Positions 19,281-29,144 of a stretch of DNA of 64,000 nt are shown piece after piece. Location: contig DAIEHA010000005.1 of assembly GCA_027355945.1 (NCBI GenBank), forward strand, positions 3,067 to 67,066. Reading direction: 5' to 3'. Positions within the stretch are counted from its first letter, which is position 1. Each line of letters opens with the position of its first letter. Made by a program: the position numbers and the translations under genes. The notes below the pieces were generated by a model that was not told the DNA's origin, did not search any database, and saw only the letters and a program-made list of their open reading frames with translations. This stretch comes from Candidatus Parcubacteria bacterium. Its GTDB lineage: Bacteria; Patescibacteriota; Minisyncoccia; UBA6257; 2-01-FULL-56-20.

Positions 19281-20450
19281 TCATGCGAGACGCAAGCGGT
19301 CGAGGGCCTTCCGCTTATCCTCGAGGGGAAGCTTCGTCTTCCTCACTGCATCGCCGAGCATCGCGATCGTATGATCGTACGTCCTGCGATCCACGGGATA
19401 CGGCGTCGCATCCTTCCCGCCGTGCGCGAAGCTGTATCGTGCGGGATCCTCATATGAAGGAGCTGCGCCATAGATTATCTCGCCGACAAGCGCGAGCGCG
19501 CGGACGGTCTTCGCACCCACACCCTCGGTCGCAAGGAACTTTTCATAGTTTTCCGGCCGCGCATCGGCCACCTTCGAGAGGATCTTCTCGAGATATTTGC
19601 TCTTTGCGAAGTCCTCATGCACCACGGGATGATACGCGAACTCCCTGGTTTCGAGATTGAGGAGCGTGAGCTGCCGTCCCGGCCGCCCATCGCCACCGAT
19701 CTCGATCTTCGCCATCTGCGATAGTCTTGTTGAATATTTCCTGAGGAGCGTGATGTCCTTCATGAGGGTCGCATACCCCGCGTGCACGAGCTCGGTCGAG
19801 ATCTCACGGGAACGATCGCTCTTTGCTGCGCTCATATCGAGCACAGTCTTCAAGGTGATCGACGAGGATATTCCCGAATGAGGGTCCGATACGAGATCGT
19901 TCACGTCCTCGGAGAACCAATGATAGCGACGGGCGGTCCCCGCCTCGGCATTCATCCCCTGCTGCACGACCGCCCAGGCGCCGTTCCGCGAGAAGAAGAA
20001 TGCATGATGGTAGAGCTGGAATCCGTCCTGTACGAGCGCCGAATCGACTTTCGCGCTCATCTTCGAATTGTAAACCAGCCGTTCGGCCTTCGCCGCGGGA
20101 AGCGAAAGATGCTCGCTCCATTGCACGATCTCATCGGGCGCTTTGCGGGAGGTTTTGCCCTTGCCTCCGGCGATCGCAATGCCGAAATCAGCCTCATGTC
20201 CCCGGATCGCCTCTTTGAGCGCGGCGGTGAGGATGGTGGTGAGCCCGCTTGCGTTCCAGTCGAATGCAAGCACCGTGCCGAGGGACTGGAACCACACGGG
20301 GTCCGCGATGCGCGTTATGAACTCATCGGGACCGTACTCCGCAACGAGCACGTACATCATCTCGCGCCCCAGCTTCACCATGCGCTCGAAAAGCCACGGC
20401 GGGCAATGGCCGCTATCCAAACCGAATGAGGCGATGCCACGCTGGATCAT
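19281..20450 (-). CDS. DUF763 family protein
   Basis: G..PPWLF.RM, DPVWFQSLG...DW..SG.TT, GGKG, AKVDSA.VQDGFQLYHH, VVQQGM, ARRYHW, DPARYSFAHGGKD..PYPVD. Confidence 0.88.
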   Translation of the reverse strand: MIQRGIASFGLDSGHCPPWLFERMVKLGREMMYVLVAEYGPDEFITRIADPVWFQSLGTVLAFDWNASGLTTILTAALKEAIRGHEADFGIAIAGGKGKTSRKAPDEIVQWSEHLSLPAAKAERLVYNSKMSAKVDSALVQDGFQLYHHAFFFSRNGAWAVVQQGMNAEAGTARRYHWFSEDVNDLVSDPHSGISSSITLKTVLDMSAAKSDRSREISTELVHAGYATLMKDITLLRKYSTRLSQMAKIEIGGDGRPGRQLTLLNLETREFAYHPVVHEDFAKSKYLEKILSKVADARPENYEKFLATEGVGAKTVRALALVGEIIYGAAPSYEDPARYSFAHGGKDATPYPVDRRTYDHTIAMLGDAVRKTKLPLEDKRKALDRLRLA

Positions 20451-20476
20451 GCCTCTATTATAGCGCTACGGCTCGT

Positions 20477-21712
20477 TCACCGCTCCGAGTCGTACAATGC
20501 TTGTATCTCCGCAGGCGAAAGGACGCGATTGTACAGGCGTACATCCTGGATCGCGCCACTCGTCACGCCGAATGCATCTTCCCCCATTTCCGGCGTCGTC
20601 GTGGGGGTAACCTGCAGCCCCGCCACCGAGCTTGCGCCGCTTGCCACGGGCACGCCATTCAAATAGATTTCGCGCATCCCGCTTGCACCTCCCGCATATA
20701 CGAACGTGAGGTAATACCAAGTCCCCGCCACAGTGACGCCCCCCATAATATCATCGCTATAAAAGCCCATATAAGGAGTTCCGTTCCGTATCGCAAGATG
20801 GAGACATTCATCCGTCGCCATCGTGGTGCAAACGCCGAAAATACCGTTATCTTGTTTTAATAATGACTGGTTCATCCATCCTGCCACGGTGAATGGAGCG
20901 GCATTCACGAATATATTCGTGACGAGCGGCGGGGTTATATAATCCGTGCTCCCATCGAATTCCCCCGCATAATTCTGGTGGAGGCCTGCATTGTAATACG
21001 TACCATTCGCCCCGATCTGGCTCCCCGTCCACGTTCCATTATTCCCGTTCCCCGAAAGATCGAGGGCGACCGTGCCGGTGCCTTCATTGAGCGGCCAATA
21101 CCCTACGAGGCCCTGGGGGTCATAGAGCGCAGAAAGGCCCGGAGTGCCGCCGTTCAGGACCTCCGGGAAAAGGGATATCTCGGGGTTCGCCCCATAGGTT
21201 CCTTTATACTTGCTCGATTCAAGGATTGCCGTGACCTGGAACTGGGTGCCGTTCGTATTATACGCATAAAAAAGGTCCGAGGAGGAGGAATTCACCGGGT
21301 CCACGGGAAGCGACCCAAGAGGACTTCCCGCGTTCATCGTCTTGAAATCGACGGGGATCCATCCTGAGGATGCGATCGTGCGGTATGCGGAAGGAGTACT
21401 GCAGGTCCAGGAACCTGTGCCCAATGACGGCATACCAAGGGAACCGCAGGTGCTTGAACTATTGGGGTCGGGAATGCTCGCATAGGTCTCGGTCGTCGTA
21501 CCGAGGGAGAATGAGGCTGCACCCGTCTGATCCGTGACATACAAGGAAAGGGCGGAGTTCAGGGTTGCCATGTCGGACACCCGGTTCGCATCCCGGCTTT
21601 GCGCAAGCAATTGGGCGGGGTTCAGGACGAGGACCACGACGACCGCGAGGATCGCGATGATCGCGATCACGACGAGAAGCTCGATGAGGGTGAAGGCCCT
21701 GCGGGGATGCAT
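20477..21712 (-). CDS. Type IV prepilin-like protein with C-terminal LamG/ConA-like domain (copy A)
   Basis: RRA|FTLIELLVVIAIIAILA class III signal; GLVGYWPLNEG..D.SGNGN, FDG, W, IYLNG, IQDVRLYNRVLSPAEI. Confidence 0.9.
   Translation of the reverse strand: MHPRRAFTLIELLVVIAIIAILAVVVVLVLNPAQLLAQSRDANRVSDMATLNSALSLYVTDQTGAASFSLGTTTETYASIPDPNSSSTCGSLGMPSLGTGSWTCSTPSAYRTIASSGWIPVDFKTMNAGSPLGSLPVDPVNSSSSDLFYAYNTNGTQFQVTAILESSKYKGTYGANPEISLFPEVLNGGTPGLSALYDPQGLVGYWPLNEGTGTVALDLSGNGNNGTWTGSQIGANGTYYNAGLHQNYAGEFDGSTDYITPPLVTNIFVNAAPFTVAGWMNQSLLKQDNGIFGVCTTMATDECLHLAIRNGTPYMGFYSDDIMGGVTVAGTWYYLTFVYAGGASGMREIYLNGVPVASGASSVAGLQVTPTTTPEMGEDAFGVTSGAIQDVRLYNRVLSPAEIQALYDSER
21645..21700. repeat. 56-nt block identical in three pilin genes (also 22877-22932 and 37561-37616)
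   Basis: GCGAGGATCGCGATGATCGCGATCACGACGAGAAGCTCGATGAGGGTGAAGGCCCT occurs three times, within ~135 nt of high identity. Confidence 0.95.
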
Positions 21713-21771
21713 GGATTAATGATACCAGATACGAGGAACGCCTGGAAAAATGCGGGAGGATCTCCTCTCCC

Positions 21772-22965
21772 TTATTTCTCGGCGTTATAGAGCGCCATGA
21801 TCTCCGCGGGAGAGAGAACACGGCTATAGACACTCGCATCTTGGATAAGGCCCGTGAAATTCTGCCCCGGCGCATTGGCATAGCCGATCTGCAGATTGAC
21901 GGACTGATTTGATATCGTAAAATTCGTCGTCATCGAGAGAACGCCGTCCACATAGCAAAGCGTCCCATTCGTCACGCCGCTCATGAAACTGCAGGCAACG
22001 AAATGCCATTTGCCGTCGGCAAGATTGATGCCACTGCTGCGCCATCCTCCGCCACTCCAATCGTATATGCTGAAAATATTGCCATCAAGGAACATTGCAT
22101 ACGCGTTTTGTTTTGCAATAATGCCGGCGACGGAGCTCGCCCCCGCATTGGAAGTCTTTATCCATGCGGCCATGGTGCCGTTTGAGAGCTGCACATCGGC
22201 CGCATTCCCTACATCGACATAATCGGTCGCCGTGGCATTGAACGTCCCCGCCCATGCCTGGTTCAGACCGGGAGAATAATAACCGGAAGTTCCCGTAGGG
22301 GTGCCGTACCATGTTCCGGTGTTCCCGTTCCCTGACTGATCGAACGCCGTGGTGCTCGTCCCTTCGTCGAGAGACCATGATCCCACCGGTCCCGCACCGG
22401 CCGCGGGTCCCTGGACATCGATACCGCTGCCGAGGGATCCGGATACGATATTCTGATACTTCTGCGATTCCATCCTCGCAAGGATCTCGAAGGGGGTCCC
22501 TAGAGATTCGTACATATAATAGAGGCCGGAGGAGGAGGAATTCACGGGATCGAGGGGAAGGGAGCCAAAGGGAGACCCCGAAGAGATATTCTTGAAATCG
22601 ATAGGGATCCATCCCGTGCCGTTCGCACTCCGGGACGCCGTACTGCTCACGCAGGAGAATCCCGCAGGCAGTCCGATGTTCGCACAAGTGCTCGTCGTAT
22701 CGGGAAGGGAAACATAGACGAGGGAAGAAGTCCCGAGGAAAAAGCTCGAGGCACCCGATTGATCGGTAGTATAGAGATTGATGGCGCTCGCGAGCGTCGC
22801 CATATCGGACATCCGGTTCGCATCCCGGCTTTGGGCAAGAAGCTGGGCGGGGTTCAGGACGAGCACCACGACGACTGCGAGGATCGCGATGATCGCGATC
22901 ACGACGAGAAGCTCGATGAGGGTGAAGGCCCTGCGGGGGTACGAAGGGTTCCGTGATATCATCAT
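21772..22965 (-). CDS. Type IV prepilin-like protein with C-terminal LamG/ConA-like domain (copy B)
   Basis: Same N-terminus; PVGSWSLDEG, DQSGNGN, DGKWHFVA, YVDG, IQDASVYSRVLSPAEI. Confidence 0.9.
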   Translation of the reverse strand: MMISRNPSYPRRAFTLIELLVVIAIIAILAVVVVLVLNPAQLLAQSRDANRMSDMATLASAINLYTTDQSGASSFFLGTSSLVYVSLPDTTSTCANIGLPAGFSCVSSTASRSANGTGWIPIDFKNISSGSPFGSLPLDPVNSSSSGLYYMYESLGTPFEILARMESQKYQNIVSGSLGSGIDVQGPAAGAGPVGSWSLDEGTSTTAFDQSGNGNTGTWYGTPTGTSGYYSPGLNQAWAGTFNATATDYVDVGNAADVQLSNGTMAAWIKTSNAGASSVAGIIAKQNAYAMFLDGNIFSIYDWSGGGWRSSGINLADGKWHFVACSFMSGVTNGTLCYVDGVLSMTTNFTISNQSVNLQIGYANAPGQNFTGLIQDASVYSRVLSPAEIMALYNAEK

Positions 22966-22997
22966 CTAATTTTATCAAATCAACCGCCTCCTCCTTC

Positions 22998-24554
22998 CTA
23001 TTTTTCCTCGAGAAGCCTCACGAGAAGCCGTACGGGCGTACCCAATCCTCCCTTCGCGAGCCATTCCTCATCGATCGCCGTCATCCGCGGCGCGATATCC
23101 AGGTGGACCCAGGGATAGCATTGGTTTCCTTTCGCATCCTTCGTGAACTGCCACAGGAATGTGGCGGCGGTACTGGCTCCCCCTCCCGCACCCGATTTTC
23201 CGGCGTTCGCCCAATCGGCGAACGTCCCTTTGATGTCATTCTCATAATCCGCGGAAAGCGGCAAGGGCCAGACCGGATCCGCCACGGCATCCCCGAGTGC
23301 CCGGAAGCGCTCTTCCAGTTCCTTGTCGGAGGTGAAGAGGCCCGTATAACGGAGGCCGAGCGCCGCCATTGCGGCGCCCGTCAGGGTCGCCACATCCACG
23401 ACGAGCGACGGCTCATATCGCTTCGCATATTCAAGGGCGTCGGAAAGGATCACGCGACCTTCCGCATCCGTGTTCAGTATTTCGATCGTCTTGCCGTTCA
23501 TGGTGCGAAGGATGTCGCCAGGACGATAACTTGAACCCGACGGCATGTTCTCCACTGCCGGAACGAGCGCGACGATGTTTTTCTTCATGCCAAGCCGTAC
23601 CGCTGCCGCAAGCGAATGAAGCACGGCTGCACCGCCACTCATATCCATATGCATCTCATAGATATGCTCGGTACTTTTCAGATTAAGTCCTCCCGTATCG
23701 AAGGTCACGCCTTTGCCCACAAGGACCACCGGCCGCTCCCCTTTCCTTCCCGCCATATATTCAAGGATGATGAATCGCGGCGCCACGGCGGACCCTCGGC
23801 CCACGCCGAGCACGCCGCCCATGCCGAGCCGCTCCATTTGCGCGACGCCCAGCACCGTGGCCTTCACGCCCTTGCCGAGAGTGCGTGCAAGCGAAACCGC
23901 ATGCCGCGCAAGGACATCGGGCGTCATATCGCCACCAGGGACGTTCTGCAGCCTGCGGCACTCGTTGGTTTCCTCCCCTATCACAAGACCCCGCTTCAGA
24001 CCTCCGGCCGCCGCACGGCGGACGCCCTCCGGGGCATCCTTCGGAAGCACGAACTCGACGCCCTGCAGCATCATGGACATCGACGGGGTGGGCGTCCGAT
24101 ATTCGCGATACTCGAAATTCGCCATTGCGATGTTCGCCGCAGCCGTCTCATAGCGATCGCCCGCATCCGCATCCACATCCGCATCCGCACCGCCACGCCG
24201 CGCCTCCGGGATCGCTTCGAAGGAAACGCGCCCGATGCGTTCGCGCATGGCCGTCCGCACCGCCGCGCGATATGCGATCGCGAATTTTTTCATCGGGACG
24301 CCCGATGCGTGCCATTCCTTGGAAACTCCGATGGCGATCAAACGACGTCCGCGGGATGGCAATACGAAGGTCTTTATCTCCCCTTCCCTCAATGCGAGCT
24401 CTTTCATAACGCCTCCCGACGAGAGATATTCCTTTTCGTTCCCGTCACAATGATCCCAGAGGACCGATCGTTTAATCCCGAGCGCCTCGGAAAGGAATAT
24501 CGCGAACGCCGCATCCTTGCGCGGCGTGTCTGACAATGAGAGGGAGAATGCCAT
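22998..24554 (-). CDS. pepA: Leucyl aminopeptidase (M17)
   Basis: LVGKGVTFDTGG, MHMDMSGGA, ENMPSG, NTDAEGR, DVATLTGA, WVHLDIA. Confidence 0.93.
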   Translation of the reverse strand: MAFSLSLSDTPRKDAAFAIFLSEALGIKRSVLWDHCDGNEKEYLSSGGVMKELALREGEIKTFVLPSRGRRLIAIGVSKEWHASGVPMKKFAIAYRAAVRTAMRERIGRVSFEAIPEARRGGADADVDADAGDRYETAAANIAMANFEYREYRTPTPSMSMMLQGVEFVLPKDAPEGVRRAAAGGLKRGLVIGEETNECRRLQNVPGGDMTPDVLARHAVSLARTLGKGVKATVLGVAQMERLGMGGVLGVGRGSAVAPRFIILEYMAGRKGERPVVLVGKGVTFDTGGLNLKSTEHIYEMHMDMSGGAAVLHSLAAAVRLGMKKNIVALVPAVENMPSGSSYRPGDILRTMNGKTIEILNTDAEGRVILSDALEYAKRYEPSLVVDVATLTGAAMAALGLRYTGLFTSDKELEERFRALGDAVADPVWPLPLSADYENDIKGTFADWANAGKSGAGGGASTAATFLWQFTKDAKGNQCYPWVHLDIAPRMTAIDEEWLAKGGLGTPVRLLVRLLEEK

Positions 24555-24574
24555 GGATGAATTATATGATGTGG

Positions 24575-24865
24575 TTATGCAAGATTTTTAAGATAATACT
24601 CATCCGTTTCATTATGGTGGCCGAGGATGCCGAGCTCCTTGAGCCTTCGGATCGCTTCCATGAAAGCGGCCGATGCTATTGGCGGCGATTTTTTATCCTC
24701 TTCAAGGACCTCCCTCAACGCGTCGAGCGTGAACGGACCCCTGCTCAGAGGATGGATGCCGTTTTCGAGGAAGTTCCCTATCTCTGCGAGCGCAAAATCC
24801 GCGTCAGTGATCGTCTCCTGCGGCTTCTCTTCTTCGAACCTGCCTTCAGGGGGGGTTTCCGCCAT
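24575..24865 (-). CDS. Small acidic hypothetical protein (possible winged helix)
   Basis: Fills the gap between rseP and pepA on the same strand; helical body with a C-terminal hairpin-like end. Confidence 0.55.
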   Translation of the reverse strand: MAETPPEGRFEEEKPQETITDADFALAEIGNFLENGIHPLSRGPFTLDALREVLEEDKKSPPIASAAFMEAIRRLKELGILGHHNETDEYYLKNLA

Positions 24866-24911
24866 ACCATTAAGGATATCCCGAATGGATGCAATCCGGC
24901 AACTCCGTGCG

Positions 24912-25994
24912 TCAAAGAAGACCGTGGACGTCGCGGATGGTGAGCGCGATCATAAGTGCGAGAAGGAGCGCAAAGCCTATTCCATTCACCCACGCCTCGA
25001 TCGCGTACGGCAGCGGGGAGCGCTTCATTTTTTCGATGAGAATGACCACGAAACGGCCTCCATCGAGCGCGGGAAATGGTATGCAGTTCACCACCATGAG
25101 ATTGAGGGATATGACGCCGATGAACTGGAGAAGGTATGCAAGGCCTATCTTGCCCGTCTCCTCGGCCACGGAGAAGATGCCTACGGGGCCTACGATGCCG
25201 GAAGGGATCGATGCCTTCGTGAAGACCTGGCTGATGAGCTGTCCGAAGGCCTGTACGGTGAGAACGCTCACATTCCACGCCGCGATAAGACCGTCACGAA
25301 GCGCCGCGAAGAACCCCTCGCTTGCCGCGCCCCCCTCTTCAAGCGCCACGCCGATCGCGCCCTGGTTGGGGCCGACATTGGTCCTGGGGGTGAGCGTGAA
25401 ATCAATCTCCTTGTCGTTCCTGAGCACGGCGACGTTCACGGTGGAACCTTTATGCGCATCGATATATGCGATGAACGCCTGGGCGCCCGTGTATCCTTTT
25501 ATGATATCGCCCGGTTGCAACCCCGCAGCGGCAGCCGGAGATCCCGGTTCCGTGCCGGCGACAACGAGCGTCTGGGGCACCCCCACCATGAACACGATGG
25601 AAATGAAAAGCCATCCAAGGATGAAGTTCGTGAATACGCCGGCGAGGATGATGACGCTCTTCTTCCATGCGGGCTGCGAATAGAACCTGCGGGAATCGTC
25701 CACCTGCACCGCGGCAGTGTCCGCAACGGCGTCCGTTGCGGCGTGGTTCGCATTTTCCCCGTCGACCACCGCGAACTCCCCCCGCTCGCCCGCGATCTTT
25801 ACGAATCCGCCGAATGGAAGCCAATTGATGCTGTATTCCGTATCGCCGATCTTCTTGGCGGCGATGCGTGGCGGAAACCCGAATCCGAACTCGTCCACTT
25901 GGAGCCCGAACATCTTTGCCGCAAAGAAATGCCCCGCCTCGTGTCCGAGGATGAGGAGCGAAAGTCCTATGATTACGATGATGGCGATCAGCAT
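24912..25994 (-). CDS. rseP: RIP metalloprotease RseP (M50, with PDZ domain)
   Basis: HEAGH, GFGFPP, PFGGFV, AGV..N, SPAAAAGLQPGD PDZ, NCIPFPALDGG. Confidence 0.93.
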   Translation of the reverse strand: MLIAIIVIIGLSLLILGHEAGHFFAAKMFGLQVDEFGFGFPPRIAAKKIGDTEYSINWLPFGGFVKIAGERGEFAVVDGENANHAATDAVADTAAVQVDDSRRFYSQPAWKKSVIILAGVFTNFILGWLFISIVFMVGVPQTLVVAGTEPGSPAAAAGLQPGDIIKGYTGAQAFIAYIDAHKGSTVNVAVLRNDKEIDFTLTPRTNVGPNQGAIGVALEEGGAASEGFFAALRDGLIAAWNVSVLTVQAFGQLISQVFTKASIPSGIVGPVGIFSVAEETGKIGLAYLLQFIGVISLNLMVVNCIPFPALDGGRFVVILIEKMKRSPLPYAIEAWVNGIGFALLLALMIALTIRDVHGLL

Positions 25995-25996
25995 GG

Positions 25997-26557
25997 TTAT
26001 TCTCCGAGTTCCGCGATCTTGCCCTTCAGCAAGGTCTCGATCTCGGTATTCGCTTTATCCGTCGATTTCTGTGCTTTCTCCCGGCCCTTGAATTCGTCAT
26101 CCTCGGTGATGGCACTCGTTCCTTTTGCGTCCTTCAGGCGCCTCATCGCATCCTCGCGCCGCGCGCGGACCTGGATGCGTGCGGCCTCCGCCATCTTACC
26201 CACGAGCTTTCCGAGCTCATCCCGCCGCTCATCGCCGAGCGGCGACAGGGTGCACCGGATGTTCTGCCCGTCGTTCGATGTCGAAAGGCCGAGATGCGAT
26301 CCCTCGATGGCCTTCATGATCGGGGCGATCGCGGCCGAGTCCCATACGGAGATCTGGATCGTGCGCGGAGGGAGCACGGAAAGCGAGCCGAGCTCGCGGA
26401 TGGAGAGCATTTGATCGTACATGGAGATGCGGATGTCTTGCACCATGTCGGGCGACGGCTTGTTCCCCCGGATCTGGGCGAAATCCTGCTTGATCTTTCC
26501 CGTTATGCCCGCAAGGGCAGACTCGAGGTCTTTCACTATCTCTTCGGTGATGGTCAT
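25997..26557 (-). CDS. frr: Ribosome recycling factor
   Basis: 186 aa; IRGNKPSP, PRTIQI..WD, NDGQNIR, ERRDEL.K, R..REDA, ITEDD. Confidence 0.9.
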   Translation of the reverse strand: MTITEEIVKDLESALAGITGKIKQDFAQIRGNKPSPDMVQDIRISMYDQMLSIRELGSLSVLPPRTIQISVWDSAAIAPIMKAIEGSHLGLSTSNDGQNIRCTLSPLGDERRDELGKLVGKMAEAARIQVRARREDAMRRLKDAKGTSAITEDDEFKGREKAQKSTDKANTEIETLLKGKIAELGE

Positions 26558-26588
26558 AAGTTATGTGTGATGGACCGACCCGAATATT

Positions 26589-27452
26589 CTAACGCATAAG
26601 CGCCTCAAGCTGCAATCGAGGGTTGAGCGGGAAATTCCCGGCATTCTCCGAGAGGCGGAGCGCCTTATGCCATAACGCCGCAGGAGCCGGGTCCTTCGAT
26701 GCGAGGACGACCGTAATCGCCTCGAGGAATTTCCGAAGGCTGAAATCATCCGGCTCGATCAACTTTTTTATAAGATCCTTCCGCGATGCCGCGGGAGCCG
26801 CAAGAAAGCGCTCGGCCTGTTCGAGCTCCGCGCGGAACTGTGCGTCATGCATGAAACGCCACGCAAGACCCGGTTTTCCCCTGGCGCGCGCCGCACACGA
26901 GGCCGCATCCGCAATCGCGGCATCCCCCGTCCCCGCAAGCCATTCCTGTATCGCGCTTCCCGGTACGGTGCCGAAATATACTTCCGGAAGACGCGAGCGG
27001 ATCGTTCCGAGGATCGCATCGGGATCGGAAGTGACAAGGAGGAGGAGCGATGATGCGGGCGGTTCCTCGGTCATTTTGAGAAGCGCGTTCTGCGCCTCCG
27101 TGGTGAGAGTGTCGGCATTATCCACGATCACGGTCCGTCGCGAACTTACGTTCGGCCGCTGCCACAGGAATCCCTTTATCTCGCGTACGGCATCGATGCC
27201 GATCGATTCGCCGCGCGCATCAGGATCGAGCATCCGCACGAAGGAACTGTCGATCATCTTGAGGTCCTGAAGCACTTCGTTCTCCGTCGGCGCCTCGAAA
27301 CGCCCCTTCTCAAGGAACTTCCCGAATGCCTGTGCGATCGTCCGCTTTCCGACCATCGAAGGCCCGGAAAGGATATAGCCGTGCCCCAGCGCACCCGATC
27401 CCGCAAGCCGTTCCATGTCGCCGACCGTCCGGTCGTGGCCTATGATCCCCAT
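26589..27452 (-). CDS. holB: DNA polymerase III delta' subunit
   Basis: IIGH, HGYILSGPSMVGK, IGIDAVR, IVDNADTLTTEAQNALLKMTEEP, TIRSR, N.RLQLE. Confidence 0.88.
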   Translation of the reverse strand: MGIIGHDRTVGDMERLAGSGALGHGYILSGPSMVGKRTIAQAFGKFLEKGRFEAPTENEVLQDLKMIDSSFVRMLDPDARGESIGIDAVREIKGFLWQRPNVSSRRTVIVDNADTLTTEAQNALLKMTEEPPASSLLLLVTSDPDAILGTIRSRLPEVYFGTVPGSAIQEWLAGTGDAAIADAASCAARARGKPGLAWRFMHDAQFRAELEQAERFLAAPAASRKDLIKKLIEPDDFSLRKFLEAITVVLASKDPAPAALWHKALRLSENAGNFPLNPRLQLEALMR

Positions 27453-27459
27453 GATGCGG

Positions 27460-28467
27460 CTATCGCTTATTGAGCAGGGTCCTCTTGTAGGTGTCGAGAT
27501 GGTTCAGGATGAGCCCCGTCCCCTTGGCCACGCAGAAAAGCGGATCTTCGGCGACATATGCCTGCACGCCAAGGAAGCGCTCGAAAAACTCGGGAAGATG
27601 ATGGAGCTGCACCGAACCCCCCGAAAGGATGATGCCCTTTTCCATAATGTCCGCCACAAGCTCGGGCGGGGTCACGTTGAACACGTTCTGGACCGAGGTC
27701 GCGATATCGATGAGGAGCGGATTGAGCGCCTCGGCGATCTCGTTCGAATTGATGACGATATCCTTCGGAAGTCCCGTGACGAGATCGCGGCCGCGGATCT
27801 GATATTCCATCTTCTCCTTCGTGGGCATCGCCGAACCGATCTCGATCTTCACCTGCTCCGCCGTCTGCTCACCGATCGCAAGCGCATACTTCTTCTTCAC
27901 ATAATCCATGATCGCCTGATCGAACTTGTTGCCGGCGATGCGAAGCGAGTTCCAAGAGACGATATTGCCGAGCGCGATCACCGCCTGCTCGCTCGTGCCG
28001 CCGCCGATATTGATGATCATATTGCCCGATCGCGCATTGATCGGGATGCCGGCGCCGAGCGCCGCAAGGATCGGTTCACGCACAATGAACGCATTGCCCG
28101 CACCCGCCTCGCGCGCGGCGTTCATCACGGCACGCCGTTCGGTCTGCGTGATACCGGCGGGTACCGAGATCACCACATCGGGCTTCACGATATTGAACCA
28201 TCCGGAGGCCTTGCTGATAAAGTAGGTCAGCATCGCCTTCGTGATGTAATAATCCGCGATCACGCCCTCCTTGAGGGGGCGATATGCCACGATCTCGTCG
28301 GGGGTGCGTCCGATCATCTCCTTCGCTTCAAGGCCTACCGCAAGTACGCCGTTATCCGGCTTTGTGAGCGCCACAATAGTGGGCTCATTGATGATAAAAC
28401 CCCTCCCTGGCACGAAGACCACGGTGTTCGCAGTACCAAGGTCAATGCCGATTTTCTTTCCGAACAT
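27460..28467 (-). CDS. mreB: Rod shape-determining actin MreB
   Basis: IGIDLGTANT, RPLKEGVIAD, ERRAV, NIGGGTSE, TPPELVADI, GIILSGG, CVAKGTG. Confidence 0.95.
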   Translation of the reverse strand: MFGKKIGIDLGTANTVVFVPGRGFIINEPTIVALTKPDNGVLAVGLEAKEMIGRTPDEIVAYRPLKEGVIADYYITKAMLTYFISKASGWFNIVKPDVVISVPAGITQTERRAVMNAAREAGAGNAFIVREPILAALGAGIPINARSGNMIINIGGGTSEQAVIALGNIVSWNSLRIAGNKFDQAIMDYVKKKYALAIGEQTAEQVKIEIGSAMPTKEKMEYQIRGRDLVTGLPKDIVINSNEIAEALNPLLIDIATSVQNVFNVTPPELVADIMEKGIILSGGSVQLHHLPEFFERFLGVQAYVAEDPLFCVAKGTGLILNHLDTYKRTLLNKR

Positions 28468-28622
28468 GATGAGTATTTTACGCGAAAATCAAGGGAAAAG
28501 CAAAGATATAGATAAAATCGGGGCCGCCCATGATAGAGGCGGCCCCAGTGGAGGATACCGGCAATGATCGCCATCATTGCCTCTGCATGCTTCCTCAAGC
28601 ATACCCGGAACGGCGCAAAATG

Positions 28623-28649
28623 AAAAGTCCGCACGCATTGCGTACGGAC
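28623..28649 (-). terminator. Intrinsic terminator of the orphan gene at 28672-29076
   Basis: GTCCGCACGC-ATT-GCGTACGGAC hairpin plus A-run. Confidence 0.55.
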
Positions 28650-28671
28650 CTGCTGCCTCATCTGAAAATCC

Positions 28672-29076
28672 CTATGTGCCGATCGCCTTTTCCACGAGCG
28701 CATCGCGGTGCATCCCTACCTGGGCGACCTTCCCTTCGATGAGCGCGCGTGCGGCATCGAGTGGTACCGGGATATACCGTGTGCGCGGATACGAGTCATA
28801 TTTGGGGATGAAGAACTCCCCTGACCTCACCACGCAATCCGCGATGAGCGATTCGCAATCCGCGATCGATCCCGTGTAGAGCGATCCGAGCTCCTGCCTC
28901 CTCTGCTCGCTATCCGTGAAGAAAAGGCAGAAGAGCGGTCCCGGGATGCTTGATTTCGACTCGTACCCTACAAGCACCGCACGAGGATGATAGTATGCCT
29001 TGGCGATCTGATAATCGACCTCAGCGGAGATGGCAATGACCCCATTGGCGACGCAGCGGCGGACGTTCGGCTTCAT
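28672..29076 (-). CDS. Hypothetical protein
   Basis: Own promoter (TTTACA...TATAAT), GGGAG SD and terminator. Confidence 0.65.
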   Translation of the reverse strand: MKPNVRRCVANGVIAISAEVDYQIAKAYYHPRAVLVGYESKSSIPGPLFCLFFTDSEQRRQELGSLYTGSIADCESLIADCVVRSGEFFIPKYDSYPRTRYIPVPLDAARALIEGKVAQVGMHRDALVEKAIGT

Positions 29077-29144
29077 ATGGAAACTCTCCCTTTGATGAAC
29101 TGCGGAGGATTATACCTTTTTTGAGGCGCTCTGTAAAACTTCTC

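Noticed and set aside
20477-22965. Diversity-generating retroelement acting on the pilin C-termini
   Set aside because: No reverse transcriptase in the window and no TR/VR pair differing only at adenines was seen; the repeats lie at the N-terminus
24160-24192. GCATCC hexamer repeats in pepA (and GDGDQDGD in murA near 29580-29610)
   Set aside because: Short in-frame low-complexity loop insertions with no sign of phase variation
24627-26414. 595-aa plus-strand ORF and similar long ORFs (e.g. 30355-31668, 8289-9527, 57705-58907, 27415-28515)
   Set aside because: Antisense shadows of well-supported genes in GC-rich DNA; no recognisable motifs
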